A program made the translations under genes and the position numbers. Below the pieces are notes generated by a model. It was not told the DNA's origin. It saw only the letters and a program-made list of their open reading frames with translations, and did not search any database. From the NCBI GenBank assembly GCA_965243025.1, contig CBDETY010000003.1, positions 3,872,001 to 3,936,000 of the forward strand: DNA of 64,000 bases, in the 5' to 3' direction. Shown here one piece after another: positions 1-8,119 of this stretch. Each line of letters opens with the position of its first letter. The first letter of the stretch is position 1. Origin of the DNA: Candidatus Latescibacterota bacterium (lineage in GTDB: Bacteria; Latescibacterota; UBA2968; UBA8231).

Positions 1-1
1 G

Positions 2-502
2 TTCCTGGAAATGTTCCAGCGCTTCTCGCTGACCTACCACCTCGACCCTTCCTTCTACGGCTCCCCCGACCACAACCTGATGGGGTACGTGATCGAGGAG
101 GCGGTGTACGCGCCGCTCTACTACGGGTACGGCGGCCTGGACAGCCAGTCGCCGCAGCGCAGCCCGGAGGGCCAGCGCACCGAGATGGCCCGCCTCTTCG
201 AGACCAAGATGCTGGAGAAGGCCCCCGACACGGTGCTGGTGCTGTTCAAGGCGGACCCGGCGGTGATCCGCCGGCGCATGCGGGAGGCGCCCCACACCCA
301 CCAGGTCGTGAGGGACGAGGACGTCGAGCAGGTGCTGGCGCGGTTCGAGGAGGAGTTCGAGGCCTCGCTGATCCGCAAGCGGATCGTCCTCGACACCTCG
401 ACGGCGACCGTGGAGGAGACCCTGGCCGAGTTCGTCGAGAAGTACCAGCCGTTCCACAGCAACGCCGACCTGCTGCGAATGCACCGGCGGGCCGGCGGGT
501 GA
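2..502 (+). CDS. 5'-truncated hypothetical protein, probably the C-terminal half of a P-loop NMP-kinase-like protein
   Basis: Frame is open from the window edge; VLVLFKADPAVIRRRM and IVLDTS resemble the lid and last strand of NMP kinases; the P-loop is not in the window. Confidence 0.5.
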   Translation, partial: FLEMFQRFSLTYHLDPSFYGSPDHNLMGYVIEEAVYAPLYYGYGGLDSQSPQRSPEGQRTEMARLFETKMLEKAPDTVLVLFKADPAVIRRRMREAPHTHQVVRDEDVEQVLARFEEEFEASLIRKRIVLDTSTATVEETLAEFVEKYQPFHSNADLLRMHRRAGG

Positions 503-548
503 CAGGCCCCAGGCGCTGATTAATTCCCTACCGTAAAGGATCCCGACG

Positions 549-1205
549 ATGTTGAGATTTCCGGAAGAACTGATGCTGCTCATGCTCGACGACGAGAACG
601 GCACGTTCGCGAGGGTGCCGGACCGGCTGCTGCGCTACGCCCTCGCCGGCGGGGTGCTGATGGACCTGGCCCTCGAAGACCGTATCGACACCGACCTGGA
701 GAAGCTGATCCTGGTCAGCTCCGAGCCCCTGCAGGACAGCCTGCTCGACCCGACGCTGGCCGACATCGCCCAGGCGACGGAGACCCACGACGCCCGCTTC
801 TGGGTGGAGCGCACCGCCCGCCTCAGCGCCGAGGCGATCCGCCGCGAGGCCCTCAACCGGCTGGTCGACCGCGGAATCCTCGAATGCCGGGACGACCGCT
901 TCCTGTGGGTGTTCCGGGCGCGGCGCTACCCGGCCATCGACGGCACCGCCGAACGGGAGGTGAAGCTCCGGATCATGGAGATCCTGTTCAGCGACCTGGT
1001 TCCGCTGCCGCGCGACGTGGTCATCATCGGCCTGGCGCACGCCTGCGACCTGTTCCGCCAGATACTTTCCGACCGCGAGCTCGCCAACGTCGCCACCCGC
1101 ATCGACGAGGTGCGCCAGCTCGACCTGATCAGCCGCGCCATGTCGCAGGCCATCATCGACATCGAGCTCTCCATCGCCCTCGCCGTCCAGACGACGCCGT
1201 ACTGA
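549..1205 (+). CDS. GOLPH3/VPS74 (GPP34) family protein
   Basis: EELMLLMLDD..G, LAGGVLMDLALEDRI, LVDRGIL and FLWVFRARRYP motifs; RBS aagga upstream. Confidence 0.85.
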   Translation: MLRFPEELMLLMLDDENGTFARVPDRLLRYALAGGVLMDLALEDRIDTDLEKLILVSSEPLQDSLLDPTLADIAQATETHDARFWVERTARLSAEAIRREALNRLVDRGILECRDDRFLWVFRARRYPAIDGTAEREVKLRIMEILFSDLVPLPRDVVIIGLAHACDLFRQILSDRELANVATRIDEVRQLDLISRAMSQAIIDIELSIALAVQTTPY

Positions 1206-1307
1206 CCGAAACTCCGGAGCCGAGGCGAGCCGGCGCCTGAACTCTGTTCCCCTGACGTAGGCCAGGTTCCAGGATCCAGGATCCACGCCGCCTGACAGGG
1301 AGACGTG

Positions 1308-2048
1308 ATGAAACACCAACTGCTCGAGAACAAAGCCGCCGTCGTCACCGGCGCCGCCCAGGGGATCGGCTACGCCATCGCCCGCCGTTTCGTCGCCGAG
1401 GGGGCGCGCGTGGCGATCCTCGACATCGACCTCGAGAAGGCGGAGCAGGCCGCCGACGAGCTCGGCGCATCCGCCTTCCGGGCCGACGTCACCGACGCCG
1501 CTTCCGTCGAGAGCGCCTTCGCCGGGGTCGCCGCCCGCTTCGGCAGCCTCGACATCCTCGTGAACAACGCCGGGATCGTCGGCAGCGACACCCCGGTCAG
1601 GGATCTCGACGAGGCGGACTGGAACCGCGTCCTCGACGTCAACCTCACCGGGACCTTCCTCTGCTCGCGGGAGGCGGTGCGCCACATGATTCCCCGGAAG
1701 TCGGGAAGCATCGTGTCGATGGCGTCGATCTCCGGCAAGGAGGGGAACGCCAACATGGCCCCCTACTCCGTGTCGAAGGCCGGGGTGATCTGCTTCACCA
1801 AAACCCTGGCCAAGGAGGTGCTTTCCGACGGCATCCGCGTCAACTGCGTCGCCCCGGCGCTGATCGACACGCCGATCCTCCGGGAGATGGAGCCGGAGCG
1901 GGTCGACTTCCTGACCTCGAAGATCCCCCTTGGCAGGCTGGGCCGGCCGGAGGAAGTGGCGGCGACGATTCTCTTCCTCGCATCCGACGAGTCGACCTTC
2001 GCCACCGGGGCCTGCTTCGACGCCAGCGGCGGCAGGGCGACCTACTGA
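1308..2048 (+). CDS. SDR family NAD(P)-dependent oxidoreductase (sugar-acid dehydrogenase-like)
   Basis: TGAAQGIG, NNAG and YSVSK (YxxxK) motifs; C-terminal SGGRATY. Confidence 0.9.
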   Translation: MKHQLLENKAAVVTGAAQGIGYAIARRFVAEGARVAILDIDLEKAEQAADELGASAFRADVTDAASVESAFAGVAARFGSLDILVNNAGIVGSDTPVRDLDEADWNRVLDVNLTGTFLCSREAVRHMIPRKSGSIVSMASISGKEGNANMAPYSVSKAGVICFTKTLAKEVLSDGIRVNCVAPALIDTPILREMEPERVDFLTSKIPLGRLGRPEEVAATILFLASDESTFATGACFDASGGRATY

Positions 2049-2989
2049 TGGCTTCTAAGGAAGCGGGTTGTCCCGCCGAGTTGAGAGCCGCTCTCGACTG
2101 CCCGGTTCCCTCGCTGCGCACGCCGTTCACCCCCTCGGGAGAGGTCGACTACGACGGGGTGCGCGCCCAGGTGGAGTTCGCCGTCGCCGCCAGGGCCGGT
2201 ACGGTGATGGTGACCTGGGGAGACAGCCAGTATTCGGTGCTGACCGACGACCAGGTCGCCGAGCTGGTCAGGGTCGTCGTCGAGCAGAGCCGCGGCCGCG
2301 CCAGGGTCATCGCCGCCGACAACTCCTGGGCGACGCCGAAGGCGGCCGCTTTTGCGGAATACTGCAAGGGGATCGGCGCCGACCTGCTCATGCTCCTGCC
2401 CCCGGACTGGGCCTCGTCCTCGACGACGGACACCCTGGTCGAGCATTTCAACGCCGTCGGACAACACATGCCGACGATGATCGTGACCGCCTTCTTCTCC
2501 CACATGGGCCCGCGCTCACCGGACCGCCAGCTGGGGGTGATCCGGGAGCTGTACGAACGCTGCCCCGACCTTGTCGCCGTCAAGGACGACCTGCTCGGGG
2601 AGGCGGGCATGCGCATGTGCATGCTCGTCCACGACCGCTGGGCGGTGGTCTCGGGCGGGTGGATGTCGAACCACACCCTCCAGGTCCCCTACGGCGTCGA
2701 CGGCTACCTCTGCCTGATCATGAGCTTCCGCCCCGACATCGCCTGGAGCTACTTCGACGCCGTCAGGGAGGGGCGCTACCCCGACGCCTGGCGCGTCGTC
2801 CGCGAAATCGAGTGGCCGCTGCGGGACCTGATGAGCAGCTTCGGGGTCAGCCTCAACTCGGTCTGGCACGGGATGTCGGAGCTGTTCGGCATCAGCGGCA
2901 GGCACCTGCCGCTGCCCTACTACACCCTCACCGACGCGCAGATGGAGCGGCTGGAACAGGGACTGAGGGACCTCGACTTCCTGCGCTGA
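2048..2989 (+). CDS. Dihydrodipicolinate synthase/N-acetylneuraminate lyase family protein
   Basis: TPFTPSGEVDY, GADLLMLLPP, Schiff-base Lys in VAVKDD; TGATG coupling to the SDR gene. Confidence 0.85.
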   Translation: MASKEAGCPAELRAALDCPVPSLRTPFTPSGEVDYDGVRAQVEFAVAARAGTVMVTWGDSQYSVLTDDQVAELVRVVVEQSRGRARVIAADNSWATPKAAAFAEYCKGIGADLLMLLPPDWASSSTTDTLVEHFNAVGQHMPTMIVTAFFSHMGPRSPDRQLGVIRELYERCPDLVAVKDDLLGEAGMRMCMLVHDRWAVVSGGWMSNHTLQVPYGVDGYLCLIMSFRPDIAWSYFDAVREGRYPDAWRVVREIEWPLRDLMSSFGVSLNSVWHGMSELFGISGRHLPLPYYTLTDAQMERLEQGLRDLDFLR

Positions 2990-3043
2990 GCCCGCCGTTC
3001 ACGTCGTTTTCTCCTGCAACCGGAAAACCCTGAGAGAACTTCC

Positions 3044-3787
3044 ATGAAACTGGGTGAAATGACCTGGCCGGAAGTCGCGGCCCTGGACAAGAGCAACCTG
3101 GTGGCCGTCTACCCGATCGCCGCCTTCGAGCAGCACGGCCCCCACCTGCCGTTCCTCACCGACACGATGGAGACCGACGAGGTGGTCGCCCGCCTCGAGC
3201 GGCGGCTGCCGGGCGACGTCGTCTGCCTGCCGACGCAGTGGCTGGGGTATTCCTTCCACCACATGCGCTTCGCCGGCAGCATAACGGCCACCTCCGACAC
3301 CCACGTCAACCTGATCGCCGAGACCGTCGGCTGCCTGATCGAGGCCGGCTTCGGCAGGGTGCTGATCGTCAACGGCCACGGCGGCAACCAGCCGGACATG
3401 GCCGTCGCCCTGCAGAAGGTAAAGGAGCGCTACCCGGACTCGCGGGTGTTCGCCGTGTCGCACTGGAAGGCGGCCGAGCCCCTCCTCGACGAGATCCGCG
3501 AGGCCGGCCCGCACGGCTGGGGCCACGCCGGCGAGATGGAGACGTCGCTGATGCTGGCGATCCGTCCGGACCTCGTCAAAGGTGAGCTTCCCCCCAGGGA
3601 CGGCACCCACCCCGAGTCGGAGTACGCCGACCGGGTGTCGCAGTTCCTGCGCATGGACGAGATGACGGAGCAGGGGATCTACGGGGACCCCACCTACGGC
3701 ACCGCGGAGAAGGGGGAGCGCATGTTCGAGGCGATCGCCGGCTGCCTCGCCGACATCGTCGGCGACCTTCAGAGCGGCAGGTTCTGA
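3044..3787 (+). CDS. Creatininase family amidohydrolase
   Basis: EQHGPHLP..TD, NGHGGN and GHAGEMETS metal-binding motifs. Confidence 0.92.
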   Translation: MKLGEMTWPEVAALDKSNLVAVYPIAAFEQHGPHLPFLTDTMETDEVVARLERRLPGDVVCLPTQWLGYSFHHMRFAGSITATSDTHVNLIAETVGCLIEAGFGRVLIVNGHGGNQPDMAVALQKVKERYPDSRVFAVSHWKAAEPLLDEIREAGPHGWGHAGEMETSLMLAIRPDLVKGELPPRDGTHPESEYADRVSQFLRMDEMTEQGIYGDPTYGTAEKGERMFEAIAGCLADIVGDLQSGRF

Positions 3788-3929
3788 CGTGGGCGGCTAC
3801 GGCCCGCGGTCAGCAGCTCGATCTATTGAGGCGGTTGAGGAAGGGGATGATTTCGTCATTGCTGCAGAGCAACTTTTAATCAACGTGTTGCTCAAGGGAT
3901 GGTTGGATAGCGACCCGGCCACCGGCCAT

Positions 3930-5330
3930 GAGCTACCTTCAAAAGGTGTGGAAATAGAGAAAAGGCGACCCTAACCTTCCATTAGACAGTTTCCACAAAC
4001 CGCCCGGTAGCCAGCCGGGCAACGGAAGGAGAGAGTCGCCATGAGAGAATCTACCCTCGAATCTGTAGCCCCGTCCATGCCCACGTTCGCCACGTTGGAA
4101 AGCTGGGCCCGATCCTCGATCCAGGATTTGTTGCAGCGGGTTCTGGAGGAGGAGGTGACGGAGTTTCTGGGACGGACGCGCTACCAGCGACGGACCGCCG
4201 TAGACGCCACCCCCGGCTCCCGCAACGGACACGGCAAACCGCGACAGGTGTCGCTGATGTCGGGCACCATCCAGGTGAGACGGCCGCGCGTTCGGGGACT
4301 GGAAGAGCGCTTTGAGAGTCGAATTCTGCCGCTGTTCCTGCGCCGCACCCACGAGGTGACCCGGATGCTGCCCGAGCTTTACCTGCACGGGCTGTCTCAG
4401 GGGGACTTCGAACTGGCTTTGCGGGGGCTTTTGGGCAACGGCGCTCCCCTGTCGGCTTCGTCCATTGGCCGCCTGCGGGCGCAGTGGGAGGAGGAGCTGG
4501 AGACCTGGCGGGAGCGCCGTCTCGACGACCGCGAGCTGGTGTATGCATGGGCGGATGGCATCTACGTCAAGGCCGGGCTGGAGAAGGACAAGGCGGCTCT
4601 GCTGGTCGTCATCGGCGCCATGAGCGACGGTCGCAAGGAGGTACTGGCCGTGTGGCCCGGCTACCGCGAGTCGACGGCGTCCTGGCTGAAGGTCCTGCGC
4701 GACCTGCGCGATCGGGGTCTGCGGGCCCCGCGGCTGTTGATGGCCGACGGGGGTCTGCCTATCTGGAGCGCCACCGAGCAGGTGTGGCCGCAGGCGTCGC
4801 ATCAGCGCTGCTGGAATCACAAGATCCTCAACGTGCTCGATGACCTGCCGAAAAAGGTTCAGGGAAAAGCGCGGGCGTTGTTGACGCAGATCCCTTCGGC
4901 GGAGACGCGCCAAGAGGCGCAGAAACGACGGGCAACCTTTGCCCGCCGCTACCGCGACCGGTATCCGCAGGCGGTAGCCACCCTCGAACGCGACTGGGAG
5001 CGCATGGTCACCTTCTACGAGTTTCCCAGGGAGCACTGGAAGCACCTGCGCACAACCAATCCGGTCGAGAGCCCCTTTGCTTCGGTGCGTCTGCGCACCA
5101 ACGCCGGCAAGCGCTACAAGCGGGTTCAGGGAGCGACCGCTCTGATTTGGCGCGTGTTGATGGTGGCAGAAAAACGCTTTCGAAAACTCAATGCGCCCGA
5201 ATTACTGCCCCTCGTCTACGCCGGACAACAATACCAGGATGGGAAGCCCATCAAGAACGAAAAGACATCCACCAGGAGAAGGTTGAAACGGGCCGCCTGA
5301 TCTCATTTACACACCTTTTGACGTGACCTC
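3930..5330 (+). mobile_element. IS256-family insertion sequence, 1401 bp, complete
   Basis: Imperfect ~30-bp TIRs (GAGCTACCTTCAAAAGGTGTGGAAAT vs revcomp of right end GAGGTCACGTCAAAAGGTGTGTAAAT); 8-bp TSD CCGGCCAT at 3922-3929 and 5331-5338. Confidence 0.95.
4041..5300 (+). CDS. IS256 family (Mutator-like) DDE transposase
   Basis: WADGIY / MADGG / RTTNPVES DDE triad, QRCWNH CxxH motif, RNGH..R; intact 419-aa ORF. Confidence 0.95.
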   Translation: MRESTLESVAPSMPTFATLESWARSSIQDLLQRVLEEEVTEFLGRTRYQRRTAVDATPGSRNGHGKPRQVSLMSGTIQVRRPRVRGLEERFESRILPLFLRRTHEVTRMLPELYLHGLSQGDFELALRGLLGNGAPLSASSIGRLRAQWEEELETWRERRLDDRELVYAWADGIYVKAGLEKDKAALLVVIGAMSDGRKEVLAVWPGYRESTASWLKVLRDLRDRGLRAPRLLMADGGLPIWSATEQVWPQASHQRCWNHKILNVLDDLPKKVQGKARALLTQIPSAETRQEAQKRRATFARRYRDRYPQAVATLERDWERMVTFYEFPREHWKHLRTTNPVESPFASVRLRTNAGKRYKRVQGATALIWRVLMVAEKRFRKLNAPELLPLVYAGQQYQDGKPIKNEKTSTRRRLKRAA

Positions 5331-5666
5331 CCGGCCATAACTTGAAGGTGCAAGTCATACCCATCGAGTAAGACATCCCCACAAGTGGTATTGTATCCAC
5401 CGCGTCTGTCTCAACATACCTTGGCTGACTGTCCCAAAGTACTGTGGCCCCGTAGATATCGAAGATGTCCTCGGTACCATTGGCCAGTATTGCTCGACCG
5501 CGACTCAGGCGGGTCAGTCCCAGTGCCGCGACGAGAACGGGCGGCAACGTGAGAAAACCGTTGAACCCAGTGTCAATGATGGCGTCAACCTCATGTTCCT
5601 GTCCCGCTGGTCCTTGTACCCAAAGATGGATAACTGCTTCGTAGTCGGTATTGACAATGCCCGTGA

Positions 5667-5942
5667 TCACGGGATCCCCTTCAGGGGACGTCCGCCAATC
5701 CGGTGCAGTGCACGATGGCCGACGCGCATGCACCAGATTTCAGCCTTGGGATATTGCTTGAGGAGACGCTCTGATGCAGCAAGGGCATTATCGGCAATGA
5801 GATAGTTCTCAGTGTCAACGTCGATGGCAACCACTTTCCCGTAGTGTATTGTTTCCACACGGGGACGGATAGCTCGCTCGTATATCTCCTCGCCACGCCT
5901 CGCTGTTTCCTCGGCTGAATATTGGGATTGACGGATCGGCAT
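5667..5942 (-). CDS. Small hypothetical protein (DUF5678-like), translationally coupled to the aspartic protease gene
   Basis: 91 aa, RGEEIYE..IR and GKVVAIDVDT motifs; GTGA overlap with the protease start; RBS ggag. Confidence 0.7.
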   Translation of the reverse strand: MPIRQSQYSAEETARRGEEIYERAIRPRVETIHYGKVVAIDVDTENYLIADNALAASERLLKQYPKAEIWCMRVGHRALHRIGGRPLKGIP

Positions 5943-5973
5943 GGCAGTTCTCCCGATTGATTACAGTCGTATT

Positions 5974-6015
5974 TCAGGCTTGTCAGGCTTGTCAGGCTTT
6001 TAATGTATAATACAT
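5974..6015. repeat. 3x 9-bp direct repeat TCAGGCTT[G/T] followed by the palindrome ATGTAT-A-ATACAT
   Basis: Copies start at 5974, 5983 and 5992; palindrome at 6003-6015; lies upstream of the 5667-5942 gene. Confidence 0.7.
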
Positions 6016-6083
6016 CTCCGCCTGCCGGCAGGCTCGTACCCCCGCCTTCCGATGCACCCTCAATTCTGACGCCGGAGGGAAGC

Positions 6084-7007
6084 TCAGCGCCCGCTCAGCC
6101 AGCAGGCGTCCCGCACCAGGGTCTCGACCTCGCTCTTCACGGCGTCCGGAAGCTCGGAGCCGTCCCCGTTCATGCCGCCGGCCAGCCCGGCCAGCTCCTG
6201 CAACTGCTTGATGACGAGGGCGATGTACGACTTGTCGCGCTGCCGGATCTGCTCGATGCGCACCATCGTCCAGTAGGTGTCGTCCCGCTCGAAGCTGCCG
6301 TCGGCGAGGCGCTTCAGCAGGCCGAGGGGCACGTCCGGGAAGGCGTTGCCGATCCCCGTCGACATGCCGCGCGCCGCCCCGACCGCGGCGTACGCCGGCA
6401 TCCACCAGCCCGCGGTGCCGCACAGCCAGGCGGTGCGCTCGTGCCCGAGACGGCCGACCATTTCCGCGTACTCGAGCAGCAGGCCGTTGTTCGCCAGCTT
6501 CACCCCCGGGACCTCGCAGACGTCCATCAGCCGCTCCAGGGTGGAGACCTTCATCGGGTGCTCGGGCCGCGGGTAGAGCATCGGCCCGATCCCGTGCCCG
6601 GAGAGGATCCCCATGGCCTCGCTGAAATAGGCGAACTGCTCCTCGGGATCGCCGGCGGCGGGAGGCATCATCATCGCGAAGGAGATGTCGAGATCGGCCA
6701 GGGCGGGCGCCAGCTGTTTCACCCGCTCGAGGGTGCGGCCGAGCCCGGTCCCGAGGCAGGGGTTGTCCGCCTTTTCGCGCGCGGCCGGTGCGACCGCTGA
6801 CAGCAGCTCGACCTGCTGCTCCGGCGACAGGAGGTCGTGCTCGCCGACGCCGCCGGCGTACACGGCAGCGGTGATGCCGTTGGCGAACAGGAACTCCGCG
6901 TTCGCGGCGTTCGCCTCGAGATCGAGCACCCTCGGCTGCTTCCAGATGGTTGTGGGCACGGCGACCGCGTTGCCGGTCAGTGCCTTGCGGGTATCATTCA
7001 CGTTCAT
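6084..7007 (-). CDS. DHDPS family lyase/dehydratase (5-dehydro-4-deoxyglucarate dehydratase-like)
   Basis: AGGVGE..LLS, MMMPP, PMLYP and GVKLA catalytic Lys. Confidence 0.75.
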   Translation of the reverse strand: MNVNDTRKALTGNAVAVPTTIWKQPRVLDLEANAANAEFLFANGITAAVYAGGVGEHDLLSPEQQVELLSAVAPAAREKADNPCLGTGLGRTLERVKQLAPALADLDISFAMMMPPAAGDPEEQFAYFSEAMGILSGHGIGPMLYPRPEHPMKVSTLERLMDVCEVPGVKLANNGLLLEYAEMVGRLGHERTAWLCGTAGWWMPAYAAVGAARGMSTGIGNAFPDVPLGLLKRLADGSFERDDTYWTMVRIEQIRQRDKSYIALVIKQLQELAGLAGGMNGDGSELPDAVKSEVETLVRDACWLSGR

Positions 7008-7083
7008 GGTCGGCTCCGTTTTTCGATTTTGATGAGGTCAGCATTTCTTCGGAATCCGCCCCGTAAGGCCGCCAACGGCCAGC

Positions 7084-8100
7084 CTACGGGACAAGGACGG
7101 CTTTGGGTGTGGTTTTCGCGATCGACGCCTCGAAGGCGGCCAGGGCCTCTCCGAGGGGGAAGGTCTCGACCAGCTGCTCGACCGGGATGTCCCCGGCGGC
7201 GAGGTGGGCCATCGCTTGCTCGTAGTCCTCCCGCGTCGAGCCGAAGGAGGTGTGCAGGCGCTGCTCGCGGCGAACGAGGTCGGTCGCCGGCAGCGGCACC
7301 GGCGCCGGATAGGTGGCGACCACGCCGATCATGCCGCCCGGCCTGACCGCTTCCGGGGCCGCGGCCAACGCCCCGGGGGCGCCCGAGGCCTCGATCAGGA
7401 TGTCGGCGGGTTCCGGAAGCTGACTCGCCAGCGGCGCCTCCTCGCCGACCACGATCGTCTCCAATCCGAGCTCGCGCGCCTTCAGCAGCCGCACCCCGGC
7501 GTCGGCGGCGACGCCGGTAATCGTCACCTCCGCGCCGCAAACCCTGGCCGCCAGGGCGCAGAGCAGCCCGATGATGCCGCAGCCGGAGACCACCACCCGG
7601 TCGCCCGCCGCGGCCCCGCACCCCTGGCGCACGCAGCGGCAGGCCACTGCCAGCGGCTCGATCAGGGCCCCCTCGAGATGGCTGAGGCCGTCGCGCAGGG
7701 GCACGGCGAAAGCGGCGTCGACGAGGCAGTACTCCGCCATGGCGCCCGGCATGCTCAACCCCATGATGGCCCGGTCCGGGCACTGCTGGGTGTCCCCGGC
7801 CCGGCAGCGGCCGCAGCGGCCGCACCCCTGGACCGACAATGCGCTCGCCCGCTGCCCGGCCTGCCACCCCTTCACCCCGGAGCCGGCGGCGTCCACCACC
7901 CCGGAGAACTCGTGGCCGAGGATCAGCGGCCGCGGCACCCAGTCGAAGTTCGGTTTGGCCTGGGCCGCGGAGACGTCGGACCCGCAAATGCCGACGGCGC
8001 GTACCGCCAGGCGGAGCTGGCCGGGTCCCGGCCGCGGCAGCGGCGCCTCGACCAGGGCGAGGTCGCCGGCCCGGTTGGACTGCATCGACAGCGCCTTCAC
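7084..8100 (-). CDS. Zn-dependent alcohol/polyol dehydrogenase (MDR family)
   Basis: GICGSD, GHEFSG, structural CxxCxxCx7C site, GCGIIG Rossmann motif. Confidence 0.92.
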   Translation of the reverse strand: MKALSMQSNRAGDLALVEAPLPRPGPGQLRLAVRAVGICGSDVSAAQAKPNFDWVPRPLILGHEFSGVVDAAGSGVKGWQAGQRASALSVQGCGRCGRCRAGDTQQCPDRAIMGLSMPGAMAEYCLVDAAFAVPLRDGLSHLEGALIEPLAVACRCVRQGCGAAAGDRVVVSGCGIIGLLCALAARVCGAEVTITGVAADAGVRLLKARELGLETIVVGEEAPLASQLPEPADILIEASGAPGALAAAPEAVRPGGMIGVVATYPAPVPLPATDLVRREQRLHTSFGSTREDYEQAMAHLAAGDIPVEQLVETFPLGEALAAFEASIAKTTPKAVLVP

Positions 8101-8119
8101 CGCCGGGTCCGGAACTCCA

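Larger units (their letters stand above)
3876..5670 (-). pseudogene. Clan AA (retropepsin-like) aspartic protease gene split by IS256 and carrying a 1-bp frameshift
   Basis: AIIDTGFNGFLTLP catalytic motif; removing the IS plus one TSD and correcting the frameshift near 5371 restores ...LVGMSLLDGYDLHLQVMAGGRVAIQPSLEQHVD* with the stop at 3876-3878. Confidence 0.85.

Noticed and set aside
1262-1286. CCAGG(T/A)T 7-bp tandem repeat
   Set aside because: Three short copies in GC-rich intergenic DNA with no supporting context
1308-3787. Mycofactocin locus (creatininase/MftE + SDR)
   Set aside because: No mftA/B/C/D precursor or radical SAM gene in the window
3805-3870. Minus-strand fragment NDEIIPFLNRL resembling a PduO-type adenosyltransferase C-terminus
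   Set aside because: Only about 11 residues, with no ORF context; may be chance
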